Assembly: GCA_951406725.2 (NCBI GenBank)
Contig: OX597826.1
Coordinates: 58,156,001 to 58,220,000, forward strand
DNA length: 64,000 nucleotides
Reading direction: 5' to 3'
Source: Octopus vulgaris
Lineage: Eukaryota
Position numbers and translations under genes: made by a program. The notes beneath the pieces were generated by a model. It was not told where the DNA came from, made no database searches, and worked only from the letters and a program-made list of their open reading frames with translations. Shown piece by piece: positions 25,690 through 40,416 of this stretch (its first letter is position 1; each line of letters starts with the position of its first letter).

Positions 25690-26650
25690 ACACAACCACT
25701 GTCACCATTACCACCAGCATCGCCGCCTCCACTACCCCCACTATCACTATCACTGCCACCAACATCACCGGCACCATCATCACCACCACCGTCAGGATAT
25801 TTCTATCACCACCGCCATCGCCACCGCTGCCGCCACTAACCCCACCATCGCTATTACCAACATCACCAGCATCACCATCATCCTCGCCATCAGGATACTT
25901 CTACCACCACCACCCACAACCACCACCACCACCACCCACCACCACCACCACCACCCACAACCACCACCACCACCACCACCACCCACAACCACCACCACCA
26001 CCACCACCACACACAACCACCACCCACCACCACTTCTACCACCACCACCACCACCACCACACACAACCCCCCACCACCACCACACACAACCCCACCCACC
26101 ACCCACAACCACCACAACCACCACCACAATCACCACCACCATCACCACCATCGCCACCACCGCCGCCATCACCGCCACCACCACCACCACCACTACCGCT
26201 GTTACAGCTGCCACTGACGCCATACCCACCACTACTACCACAACCACCACCACCATGAGAAGTCACTACTTTCACTCCTACCAACACCACAGTAACAACC
26301 ACAGCCACAAGCAACGACATCAATACCGCCACCGCCACCGTCACCGTCACTGCCGCCTGCACCGATGGCACCAACAACACCAAAGACATCAACGCCAGCA
26401 GCTGCAGCATCATCACCACCACCACCACCACCACCACCACCACCACCACCACCACCACCACCACCACCACCACCACCACCACCACCACCACCACCACCAC
26501 CACCACCACCACCACCACTACCACCACCACCACCACTACCATCACCACCACCACCAATATCAGAACATTTCTCTGCCACCGCTGCAGCAAGCACCATCAC
26601 CACCACCACCACCATTACTAATACCACCAGTACACCACCGCCATGTCCTA
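25690..26650. repeat. (CAC)n low-complexity tract
   Basis: Seen directly; explains the 398-aa poly-H/P/T ORF. Confidence 0.92.
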
Positions 26651-28956
26651 ACCACCAACCCTATTTTTACCGTCATTGCACAACCACAAAATTTACAAAT
26701 CCATCCCCCTCCACTTCAACACTCTATGGTCATCCCTATATAGTCCTATACCTGTCAAATGCATTAATTATTTATCAACACTAGCCATTAAACCATCTCA
26801 CTGACACCTGCCAGTCTTGTTTTGTCTCGTCACCATCTTTAGTGACTTTAGTCGGCTTCTTAGACACCTTCCTGGACATTTCCTTCTGGTCGTAGCTGGT
26901 TGTTTATTGATGTTTATCTCTTATATATTGTCAGTGATGTTGCTGCTGCTTTGTAGAGGTAGGTGAGCCCTGATCGATTAGAACTGCGATCAAAAGCATT
27001 CCAGCTATGACCGTTGGAGTCCTTTATCCTTTTGCTAGTTTCAGTTATTAGACGGTGGCCATGCTGAGGCACCGCCTTGAAGAATTTTTCGTCGAACGAA
27101 TCGATACCAATACTTCGTTTCCTTTTTCTGTTTTTTTTAAATAAAAACCTGGTATTTATTAGATCTTTTGCCAAATCGCTAAGTTTACGGAAGACGTAAA
27201 CGAACCAACGCCAGTTGTCAAGCGATGGTGGGGACAATGTGAAGACTTGAGAAAAACAGAAAGGCCAAAGCTGGAGCGCTTTCGACCAATGGTCTACTTA
27301 ATCAGGGTTAATTTCGACCAAATAACAATAACAACAACAATAACCACAAGCTTATGATCTCTATGTAACCACTCGACGACACCCCAAAAGACTCTTTGAT
27401 CCAGGGCTGACCAACCTATGACTCAACGGCAGCACAGACATACACCACAAAATAATATTCGTGAGCCAGTATCAAAAAGTCTCTCGAGCCAGTCTGTGAA
27501 ATTAGAATTTTACTCTCAAGAAGGAAACTATGAAAGTAGAAACGGTAGAGTGCTAAACTGAATTCCTTGGTGTGTTTTTAATCTCTCACTCTGTCTTGAA
27601 TTGAAATCCAGTCTGGATCAAATTTGCATTATCCCTTTAAGCGAGGAAAACAGATATATTTGCTCAAAATTTTATCATCACTAACTGCGGAAAGCAGTTT
27701 TACCTCACGGTTTTAAAAAGACTCCTCCCCTTCTGCTGTAAGTTGCAGAGATACCCCAATGATAATTTTTGCTCAAAATTTTCTTAGGTTTTTTCATACA
27801 TTTCACCAAATTTTTCTTTACAGAGCAAGGTTCAAACTACGTAAACCGTACCTACAGATATTGTAAAAGCCAGAAAATATCAATCCTAAGCTTTGCTGAA
27901 GCAGAAAATATCAATCCTAAGTTTTGGTACATAATTAACATTATTACAAGAATGACTATGAAATTTAATGACGCAGTAAAAAGTTTTAAAAAAGTAAGGG
28001 TTCTTTATGTTGGTTTCAAATTTCGGCACAAGGCCAGCACTTACGTTGATGGGGCTACGTCGGTTACATCGACTGGTGTTTATTTTACGGACCCCGAAAG
28101 GATGACAGGCAAAATCGATCTCGGCGGAATTTGAACTCATTAGATTGCAGCCATGCTGGGGCACCGCCTTGAAGAATTTTTTGCCGAACGAATCGACCCT
28201 AGTATTGCTTTACTTTTTTTTTTAAAGCCTAGTACTTATTCGGTCTCTTGCCGAAACGCTCAGTGACCAGGACGTAAACAAACCAACACTGGTGGCAGGG
28301 GAACAAACACAAACACAAAGACACCCGCACACAGAACGAACCACCACCCACGCATTTTGGCCGGCGTGCTAACGATTCTGCCAGCTCACCACTTTATAAG
28401 GTTTTTTTTTTTTTTTAGATGACAACTCCTCTACAACAGGGCGTTTGCATCCCTCAAGATGTATTGAACAATAAGAAGTTCCGAATATACGAGAAACCGG
28501 AACATTTAGAAATATGAGAAACTGGCAAAGACAATTATGATCCCGTGGCTCCCGAATAGTCAGATAAGTACATTATCAACACACTGACTTTATGTTTCTC
28601 ACACGCATAAACACATTCACACATCAAACCCTGATAACTCTAATGCTTCTATGTAAGTTGGTGAAAACTATCATGCTAGTTTCTATTAAGATTGTATTTT
28701 TCAGTCATTATTTACTGTCAATAAAATATACGCATATATAAATAAAAATCAAATATAAGACTTACACCGTTAATCGTTCTTTCACTTAACGATGACAAAA
28801 CCGAAATGTGGTCTCTGACTTTTGCACGAAAACCTGAGTAAATAAGTGTGTGGGTTACGTATGTGTGTTTATACGTGTTGTGTATGAGTGTGTGTGTGTT
28901 GTGTGTATACAGTTTACTTTCTTGCTTTCTCTGTGTATGTACGTGTGTATGTGTGC

Positions 28957-29093
<137 letters not shown>

Positions 29094-29246
29094 CATATAT
29101 ATATACATATGCGCATATGTATATATATATGTATATATGCATGTATATACTTATCTATATCTATTTAAACATACATGTATATGTATGTATGTATACATGT
29201 ACATATGTATGTAATATATGTTTGTACATATGTATATTTATATGTG

Positions 29247-29277
<31 letters not shown>

Positions 29278-29294
29278 GTATGTATGTATGTATG

Positions 29295-29333
<39 letters not shown>

Positions 29334-29970
29334 AATATATATATATATCCTCCTAGATTGGACATTAAGTGATAGATGCAGAAAAATAAAACAAAAGAAA
29401 AAAGAAGAATGTACAGCACTTTACTGGGACCTATCTATGTGTATGCTTATGTGCTATATTACAATCATATAAATACATCAATTACACACAAGCATATTCA
29501 CGCTCCCATACAAACAGACGCATACACACACACACACACAGACGCACATACGTATACTCAAACACACGCACACATATGTATATGTACATATACATACATG
29601 CACACAGAATAGTAAAAATGTACACTAAACAAGAACTAAAATTAAAAAGACATCTCATGCCTAATAAAACACAATGACATTATTTTCTTTCCTTCTCATT
29701 GTTAATTCGTCTTCACACGATGACAGATATATATGTATGTACGTACGTATGTATGTATGTATGTATGTATGTATGTATGTATGTATGTATGTATGTATGT
29801 ATGTATGTATGTATGTATATGTATTTATATATATATATATATATAAAATCTCTGAGCGAGAAGATTTAAAACTAAATGTTTTCCTCTTAACGAGATCAGT
29901 GACTGTGTGTCACTTTAAAAGTTTATACCTCGAACAAGACCTAGAGCTGCCAACTCGAGCCAACGGTTAT

Positions 29971-30015
29971 CCTGTGCCGATGAAGGGGAATAATTCAGAA
30001 ACCATGGTCTGCAGG
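29971..30015 (+). ncRNA. Type I hammerhead motif (U4C, damaged stem II) in a (TA)n-flanked cassette at 29844-30123
   Basis: CCUGUG-CCGAUGA-AGGGGAAUAAUUCA-GAAA-CCAUGG-UC-UGCAGG. Confidence 0.65.
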
Positions 30016-30118
30016 TACCATTTAAAGCTGAGTGGGGACATTAGCTCCCTTATTCAAGACATAAGGATGCAGTTGTGCGTCGGTAGCCACCTGGAAAATA
30101 TGTTTTCTTGAGGCTAAA

Positions 30119-30190
<72 letters not shown>

Positions 30191-30412
30191 GAAATTTACA
30201 AAAAGACAAGACGAAGACAAGTGTATGAACAACAAGCAGGTGTATTATGTTGACGCTCGAAAAAGTGAGGAAGTCTTGCGTTTCGAGCCTACGCTCTTCA
30301 AGAGAAAAGAATATGAGCAAATTAACAGAGAGAGAATTAAAAAAAACCTTGTGGATTTAGCGATCAATCATGTTGACTGTTCACACACACATATATACAT
30401 ACATAGAAAAAC

Positions 30413-30515
<103 letters not shown>

Positions 30516-30619
30516 CATATACATTTGTATGTATGTGTGTGTGTGTGTGGCTGTGTGGTAAGCGATGTTGGGGGGGACAATATTGTTTATATACAATCAC
30601 CCATAGTACCGCATGATAA

Positions 30620-31150
30620 TTTCCTCTGTATTAACATCATAGGTTTTATTAGCGTCTTGCCCCTTTAACTGGTAATTAACATCTTGATTTGTGGTCTTCC
30701 CATACTCAGCCTTCTTTATTGATAGTTACTTTATACTAATCATAGAAATCTTGACAATATTTATGACCATGCCCAGCTATGTGCTGTCAACTTACTCCTG
30801 CCCTCCATTCTAAACAGCCACAATCCTCTAGTCTTAGATTTGGTAGTTGATAAAAAGACTAATAAACTAAAAATAGACCACAATCCTTTACAAGCTATGA
30901 CTCCAACAAACTTCATACTGTTCTTAGACGTGTAGTATATCCTTAGCTACATTAGTGGCAACATGGACTCTTTCCTTCTTCATGCTCTATTAGAGCATTT
31001 GAGTAAAATTATATTAATGGGTCCAACTGATTTCAAAATTCTATTCATTTATGCAGCTGAGGATAGCCCTGCATTTAAATAGATGTAATCATTGCATTGT
31101 TCAATTAAATGGAGCCGCTTGAAACGGTCGTACTGCATCACCTCTTGATA
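30620..31150 (-). mobile_element. Possible highly decayed DNA transposase remnant (piggyBac-like?)
   Basis: Minus-strand MQYDRFKRLHL resembles the piggyBac MxxxRFxxIxxxLH motif; the rest is too decayed to align by eye. Confidence 0.25.
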
Positions 31151-31162
31151 TCTTGTTGCTTA

Positions 31163-31226
<64 letters not shown>

Positions 31227-31703
31227 ATATATATATATAAATGAGGATATTATTATATATATCACAGGTGATCCGGGTATGTCCGGCTTTCGATTTTCGA
31301 ATTTTTTGGTTATTGGTATGGTGTTCTTAGGGTCTTTATTCATGTACCCGATTTCACCTTTCTGTTTAGTGATAACCTGTGGTTTCGTCAGTTTGACTGC
31401 TATGTCAGGATGCTGGTACTGCTTGCTAGTACCCTTAATTATTAATATGTGTGTGTGTGTGTGTGTATCGATCTGCTCAAATTTATACGATTCCCTTGAT
31501 CCAGCATCAATAATCATCACCATCACTTCTGTCGCCACTTGCACTGTTATCAACACCATCAGCACCATCACCATCAAGAACAAAACCAACATCACCACCG
31601 TCACCATCACCGTTAACAGCTCAGCGTTTTCTTTCACGTCCACCTTCTTCTCCCCAAAATATCATCATCGTCATCGTCCTCATCATCATCGTCATCGTCG
31701 TCG

Positions 31704-31780
<77 letters not shown>

Positions 31781-31785
31781 ATCAA

Positions 31786-31852
<67 letters not shown>

Positions 31853-32075
31853 GACTTCGTTATTTGCATCATCATAATCATTGATCATACTTATCAAACC
31901 TCTCAATGCGATTATCTTCAACACGAACATTATATGTGATATGAACGACAACAATGATGACGGAACCAAAGCAATGACGCTACGACAGCGACGGCAACGA
32001 CATCGAAAACGCCGGTGACCACCACCATCACCACGACCACCAACAACACTATAATCATTCAAATGATAGCACGTC

Positions 32076-32922
32076 CTTTTCTACTCTAGGCACAAGGCCC
32101 AAATATTTAGGGAGGGGGGTCAGTCGATTAGATTGACCTCAGTACGCAACTGGTACTTGAATTATTGACCCCAAAAGAATGAAATGCAAAGTTAATCTCG
32201 GCGGAATTTGAACTCAGAACGTAGCGGCAGAACAAATACCTATTTCTTTATCACCCACAAGGGGCTAAACATAGAGGGGACAAACATGGACAGACATAGG
32301 TATTAAGTCGATTATATCGACCCCAGTGCTTAACTGGTACTTAATTTATCGACCCCGATAGGATGAAAGGCAAAGTCGACCTCGGCGGAATTTGAACTCA
32401 GAACGTAGCGGCAGACAAAATACCGCTAAGCATTTTGCCCGGCGTGCTAATGACTCTACCAACGCGCCTTATTCTTTCTCAGAACACAAAGACAGACGAA
32501 ATACCTATTTCTTTACTACCCACAAAGGTCTAAAAAAAGAGAGGACAAACAAGGACAGACAAACGGATTAAGTCGATTATATCGACCCCAGTGCGTAACT
32601 GGTGCTTATTTAATCGACCCCGAAATGTTGAAAGGCAAAATCAACCTCGGCAAAATTTGAACTCAGAACGTAGCGGCAGACGAAATACCTATTTCTTTTC
32701 TACCCACAAGGGGCTAAACACAGAGAGGACAAACAAGGAGAAACAAACGGATTAAGTCTATTATATCGACCCCAGTGCGTAACTGGTACTTAATTTATCG
32801 ACCTCAAAAGGATGAAAGGCAAAGCCGACCTTGGCGGAATTTGAACTCAGAACGTAATGGCAGACGAAATACGGCTACAAATTTCGCCCGGCGTGCTAAC
32901 GTTTCTGCCAGCTCGCCGCCTT
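32076..32922 (-). mobile_element. Tandem multimers of family A SINE
   Basis: About 180-bp unit repeated roughly 4-5x, with heads at about 32470 and 32922. Confidence 0.88.
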
Positions 32923-32984
32923 GTGTATGTATATATATATATCGGATATGTAAGGAATATAGTATATAGTATATATATATGTAT

Positions 32985-33029
<45 letters not shown>

Positions 33030-33291
33030 CTGCAATCCAGTTGTAAATGTACAAATGTGTGTGTGTGTATGTATATGTGTATGTGTGTATGTGTATGTAT
33101 GTATGTATGTATATATGTATGTATGTATGTATGTATATGCAGACACGTATTCTAATATTATTAAGGTATTAAATCCCGAAAAGGATATATTTGGTATTGA
33201 AACAAAGGCAGGATGTTGTTTCCGTCCTAGTTGGGTTTCATTAATTTTTTTCCTGTACCCAGAATCCTATTATTGTTTCTTAGTAAATTTG

Positions 33292-33345
<54 letters not shown>

Positions 33346-33365
33346 AGTGCGCGCGCGCGTGTGTA

Positions 33366-33439
<74 letters not shown>

Positions 33440-33556
33440 TATATATATATATAGGTATATAGATGTATGTGTGTGTATATGTATGTATTCTTTCTCTCTC
33501 TCTCTGTATACATATATTGATGCACGCATACACACATATATATATAGATATATATG

Positions 33557-33588
<32 letters not shown>

Positions 33589-34037
33589 TATATACATGCA
33601 CACATATACACACGTATATATGCAAATATATATAAATCTACTCATGCATATATGTGTATACATCCAAACATATACATAAATGTGTGTGTATTTATATGTA
33701 TGTGTATGTGTATTTCAGTGCAGAGTGTATACGTGTGTGTGTGAAGTTTCCGTTTTCCTGCATTCAAACTTACGCTCTCCATTGCTGAAACTTTGCTTCC
33801 GAATGTAATCCGACACCTGCTATTATTTAATCCTAAAATTAATTTCTTTAACCGAAGCTTTAAAAATCGTAACCGCAAATATGTGGTCGCATAAAGAATT
33901 AGAGAAGCTTTAGAATTAAAACTGAGGCTTCATGTATACAATTGGAAATATTTGAACTGAATTAAAACCTACAATATTAAATTATGCAATGAAACTTATC
34001 CCACATATTCTTCCTGTTCATATATATATATATATAT

Positions 34038-34447
34038 GAGGAGTGGCTGTGTGGTAAGTAGCTTGCTAACCAACCACATGGTTCCGGGTTCAGTCCCACT
34101 GCGTGGCATCTTGGGCAAGTGTCTTCTGCTATAGCCCCGGGCCGACTAATGCCTTGTGAGTGGATTTGGTAGACGGAAACTGAAAGAAGCCTGTCGTATA
34201 TATGTATATATATATATAAGTGTGTGCGTATATGTTTGTGTGTCTGTGTTGTCCACCTAGCATTGCTTGACAACCGATGCTGGTGTGTTTACGTCCCCGT
34301 CACTTAGCGGTTCGGCAAAAGAGACCGATAGAATAAGTACTGGGCTTACAAAGAATAAGTCCCGGGGTCGATTTGCTCGACTAAAGGCGGTGCTCCAGCA
34401 TGGCCGCAGTCAAATGACTGAAACAAGTAAAAGTGTAAAAAGAGTAA

Positions 34448-34449
<2 letters not shown>
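34038..34449 (+). mobile_element. Full-length family B CORE-type tRNA SINE
   Basis: GAGGAGTGGCTGTGTGGTAAG, GGTTCAGTCCC, ATCTTGGGCAAGTGTCTT core, (GTAAAAGA) tail; inserted in (TA)n. Confidence 0.9.
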
Positions 34450-34535
<86 letters not shown>

Positions 34536-34583
34536 AAACAAGTCAAGATAGAAAATGCTAAAATAATCTTATAAAGAACATTT

Positions 34584-34620
34584 CAGTACCGGTTTCAGTC
34601 ATTTGAGACCTTTTCAACTG
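34584..34620 (-). ncRNA. Minimal type I hammerhead, U3-A8 core variant, in a (TA)n-flanked cassette at 34532-34803
   Basis: CAG-UUGAAAA-GGUC(ucaaau)GACU-GAAA-CCGG-UA-CUG. Confidence 0.7.
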
Positions 34621-34800
34621 TAACGATTCAATAATTAAATTTAGAAAAATTAAAAGAAAAGTTTTATTAAAAGAATATTTGTATAGTGATCAAATATAAG
34701 TGGCATATTCCTTGTTTTTGCCTTTCTCTGTCTCTCTTGTTTAGCATTTTCTATCTTGACTTGTTTTTTCATATATATCAACTCGTGTGTCCCTTTTCAT

Positions 34801-34874
<74 letters not shown>

Positions 34875-36894
34875 CCAACGATCTGTGGTGCCAATGAACA
34901 CTATCCAATAAACTCGGTGGGTGAGTCAAGGGCTTCACGTTTATGAATCGTTAGAACGTCGGATAAAATAACTCACTCACCGATCACCAATCTCTTTTGC
35001 ATCACATAGTTTCATGCAAAGCTATTTTCCCACAAACCGGGGGATCACGCACGTAAAAAAGCACTAGAAACTGCATAATATGTAATTTAATTATTACATA
35101 TTCAATATGTATATATTAGATATATAATACAGATATAATGCAAAAAAGCTTTGCAGACTGCGATAGTTAATAAAATACAAATAATATTTTAAAAAATTTA
35201 TTCTTTTTGTGCTCCCTGGTATCAAATGTCTCACGGCTCGATACTGATCTGGTGTCTGGGGACTCATACCTTACGGTATTTAGACACTTTACATTCTGGT
35301 TTCAAATTCCACCGAGGTCAATTTTGCCTTTAATCCTTTCCAGGATCGAGAAAATAAAGTAGCCGACAAGTACTGGGGTCGAAGGCATCGACTAAAACCC
35401 CTTCCCTTCAAAATTACTGGCATCGTATCGGAATTAGACGAAAGAAGAATCGATAGCACCCTGGACGGAATGTTTAGCAGTATTTCGTCCGTTGCAACAT
35501 TATGAGTTCCAATTCTACCGAGGTCGACATTGACCCTCATCTTTTCGGGATCGATAAATTAAGTACCAGTGAAACACTGGAGCCAATTTAAACGACTAGT
35601 CCCCTCCCCCAAAATTTCAGGCCCTGCGCCTATAGTAGAAAGGATTGTTGTTACTATTTAGTTATTACTTTATGTATGTTTTTATACTTTTAGATATCAC
35701 GTATAAGTTGCTTTTATTTTTTTTTCTCTTTGATTATGTAAACAGATTTCGATATGGCTTTCTTGATATATTTTTGTTACAGTGATAATCATATCATCAC
35801 GCTCCTAGATCTTCCCTTCACACACGCTATTTTCCTAATAATAACACGTTGAAAAATTAGTGGTTTCTAAATATGTCCTTTGTTTTTAGCTGTTCTTGTT
35901 CATCGACCTTTGGAACGTAACTTCCTTAGCAATAAAACTGATCTTTTTTCTATCCATAAGGAAAATGCGATTTCTGTCGGAAGAAATATATATATTTTTA
36001 ATTACTGATTTAATGCGATACTTAGAAACCCGGACAACGGCAAGTACTTTGTTGCTAGTCCTGAATTAATCATCCTGTGCAGTAGAGTTGGTGCTATTCT
36101 TGTACATGAGTGACTTAATCCTTCATTAGACTGCACTAACTAAGTAATTGAATCTCTACAAGGATACGTTAGTACTGATGCGCTACCTTAAAGATAGCGT
36201 GTTTGGCATTGGGTTATGCGTATGGTGACTAGTTTGTGCATAACCCTGTACATGTGTGTATACATGTGTATGTACGTGTGTGTATGTGCTGTTGTGCGTG
36301 TGTGTGTATTTATCTATATCTATAGAAGGCAGGATGTGTGTGTGTACGTGAATGTACTTTATGCACGTCCACAAATTAGCAGGCATGTCGCTCCAATTTT
36401 AAGAGAACATTGGTCACACCATGGCTGTGCTTTTGTCAACTTATTTTCTCCGAGGCATCCCTGGATAGCAGTAAAAATAGCTTTCCAACCATAACTTTTA
36501 CCATTTTCACGTCGGTGAAATCCGTAAGTTTGCTTACATGAGTTAAGTCCCCTGTCTTAAAGATTAATTCACCCTACTACAATGCCTCAATAAAAAAAAA
36601 AAAAAAAATTAGATTTGGACTACCTAAGCAATCTCAGCGTAGGAAAAGAGAAAAGCTAAAGAGACTGACTGTCAGCAGACCCATTAGTAAAATATAACTT
36701 TTGGGGCCGAAACCTGGCAGTAAGAGCTTGCGGATATTCCGCTACGAAACATTCAATAATATCGAAGCATAACTTTCATAAATCAGGGTTGAATTTTAGA
36801 AGACTCTTTCTGAACCCAGTCAACGATGAGTATTTCTGCTAGTACATGATGTATGTGTATATATGTATTACATATTTCATGTGTATTATTTATA

Positions 36895-37945
36895 CGAGGG
36901 TCGTCTGAAAAGTTCATGGTCTGACCAAGATACTCTCATACAACATAATGAAATGAAGTTTATTTTTCAACATGGTCCCCATTGCGATCTACACATTCCT
37001 TCCATAGGTGTTGCAGTGCTTGTATTTCATTGGTGAAGAAGCTTTCATCCTATTAGTAAAAAAAGTCAACAACAGCAGACGTCATCATTACTGTGATGCT
37101 TGTAGCCATCCAAGTGCTTTTTCATGTTGGGAATAGACGATAATCAGATGGGTCCAAACCAGGAGAACAGAGAGGATGATCAACCAATGCAAAACCACAA
37201 TCACGTACTGTAACCGTTGAAACCAAGGAGTTGTGTGCAGGAGCATTGTCCTGATGAAGCAAGATTCTTTTCGTCAGCTTTGCTGGGTGTTTCGTCTTGA
37301 TAGCCTTTCGTGACAGTTTCAGCAAGTTGGCGTAGTACTCTCAATCGATGGTGTAGCCCTTTTGAAGATAGTCACTAAACACAATGCCAACTAAAGCCAA
37401 AACAACTGAAGCCTTCACCTTCCCTTGAGAGGAAAATCCTTGGCTTTTCTTGGAGCAGGTGACGAAGGGTGTTTCCATTGCATCGATTATCTTTTTGTCT
37501 CTGGCTCAAAAGGATGAACCCAACGCTCATTCTGGCCGCGGAAATGTTCAAGGTAACCAGCTAAATTTGCCTTAAACGATGTCTGATTTTTCCGCGATGA
37601 GATCAGTTTGGTGCGCTTTTGATCAGGTGTCAGAAGTCGTGGTACCCACGGTGCAGTAACCTTCGTCAAGATTATTGTGCAGAATATTCTCAACTCCCAC
37701 AGAAGATATGCAAATAGCATTAGATATTGATTCATAGTCAATCGCCGGTCATCCATCACCATGTGGTGAACGGAATCAAAGTTTTTTCTCGGTGGTGGCA
37801 GTTGCAGGACGTTCAGACATCAGGTTATGTTCAAGACTCTTCCTTCCTCTCCTGCGTTCAGCTACCCACATTTTCTCTCTTGATAAACCTCGTCCCTTAA
37901 TGTAGCAACCACATTAGCATGAATGACCTTGTGGGCTAAACAAAT
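36895..37945 (-). mobile_element. Decayed mariner (irritans-like), one TIR visible
   Basis: TA|CGAGGGTCGTCTGAAAAGTTC TIR; WVPRLLTPDQK, LLHQDNAPAH, HPLCSPGLDPSDYRLF. Confidence 0.9.
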
Positions 37946-38187
37946 AAATACTAAATGGTCTACTGCATTGGTTTGACTAGGATTCTATAATGCTCTTAAG
38001 GCAGCTTTATGTTTAAGGGAATGTACGCACTTATGTAAGTATGTATGTAGGTAGATAAGTAGGCATGTAAGGAGGTATGTAGGAAGAGAGAAAGAGAGAG
38101 AGAGAGAAGAAAAGAAGGAGCGAAGGAGATAAATTCCACTTATAAGTACTTTGTTAAAACCACATGAATATGTCAGACAAGCATGTA

Positions 38188-38235
<48 letters not shown>

Positions 38236-38967
38236 TATATATGTATATGAATATATATGTATGTACATATATATACACACACATACATATATGTGTATAT
38301 ATTATGTGTATATATATGTGTGTATACATATATGTATATATATATTCATATATATGTATGTATATATACACATCTATATGCATATACATGTGTGTGTGTA
38401 TGTATGCATATGCATACGCTCACACATACATACGTACATACATATATACATACATACATACATACATACATACATACATACATACATACATACATACATA
38501 CATACATACATACTTACATACATACATACATACATAATACATACATACATACATACATACGTACATACATACATACATACATACATACTTACATACATAC
38601 ATATATACATACATACATATTTCCATGGAAGACAGATGTGATAGGCTAGAAATATTTTTGTCTGTTAGTCATAACAGCAACAACAATAACAACAACAACA
38701 CTTGTCTCGCCACTTTGTTTCACCATGTTCAAATATCAACAACTTTGTCGCTCCGACACCACCTCCCTCGCCTCCGCTACATCTAATTATCAACTGCTAA
38801 TTAACAAAACAACGGCAAAACAATACACTGAGGGTTGTAACATTATTTAAAGTTTCGTTCCTCTTTTTTGTCTTATCATTTTTTTTTTTTCATATGGTTT
38901 TCATGTTTTCGCTTTACACTCTTTCAAGTCATTCTCTCTGCTTGTGACCCTTAGATCTTGATTGCTC

Positions 38968-39007
<40 letters not shown>

Positions 39008-39195
39008 TTGTTTCATGTTTCTCTCTCTCACTCTCTCGCATTCCCCATTCATTCAACGTGTCTTTCCAATTCTATCTTTCGTCTCTCGTGGCAACACTTT
39101 ACCTCTTATCTTATCACATTATAACCATCTCCCTTTTCCCTAGTATTCCTTATATTCTCTCTAAACATGTGTACTTGTGTGTACGCTTACGTGTA

Positions 39196-39320
<125 letters not shown>

Positions 39321-39902
39321 GTATGCATATATGCGTACACATATACACACACACGCACATATATGTATATATTTATAAACATAAAGCCTGTTATATACAC
39401 ACGCATATATATACATGTGTGTGTGTGTGTATGTGTGTGTGTGTTTGTGTCTGCTATACATAATGAATGTTACACACCTACATGAATACGTACGTGTATG
39501 TAAGAAATTACGTACACACTCATATATACAAATGTACAAAAGAAACTATGTACACACATAAACTCACACGTGCACACACATACACATGCACACACACACA
39601 CGCGCGCGCGCTAAAAATAGCATGAACATAATATAGACAATGAGAAATGTAAATATTCTGGGTGAGGTTTGTCAACTTGTTGAAACGGACCTCAAAACAG
39701 CTTTTGGATAATGGAAAAAAAATTTGTAAAATTTTTTGACAAAGACACACATATACACTCACACAGCTTAAAACTAGGCATACACACAGATAATGTATGC
39801 GTAGAAGAGTATTCATAAAATCATTTATTGGATGACACACACGGGCTTAAATAACGCACCACACACAGTCACTATACACACATATACAAAAAATAGTTTC
39901 AC

Positions 39903-40003
<101 letters not shown>

Positions 40004-40039
40004 TAAACGTATTTATGTGAATCTGTCTATGTATGTATG

Positions 40040-40073
<34 letters not shown>

Positions 40074-40346
40074 TGTATGTATGTATGCATGCATGTATGT
40101 ATGTATGTATGTATGTATGTATGTATGTATGTATGTATGTATGTATGCATGCATGTATGTATGTATGTATCTATCTATCTATCAATCTATCTACACACAC
40201 ATATATACATAGTATATGAATATACATATATATACATATAAGTATATATATGTGTGTATGTGAATGTATTTATATATTTGTATATTCATATGTGTATGTA
40301 TTTATGTATGTGTGTATGTATGTATGTATGTATGTATGTATGTATG

Positions 40347-40416
<70 letters not shown>

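Noticed and set aside
25547-26743. 398-aa ORF rich in His/Pro/Thr
   Set aside because: Translation of (CAC)n; open in several frames and on both strands; no recognisable domain
32076-32922. Regularly spaced repeats resembling a CRISPR array
   Set aside because: Whole 180-bp units repeat with no unique spacers; they are SINE multimers in eukaryotic DNA and no cas genes are present
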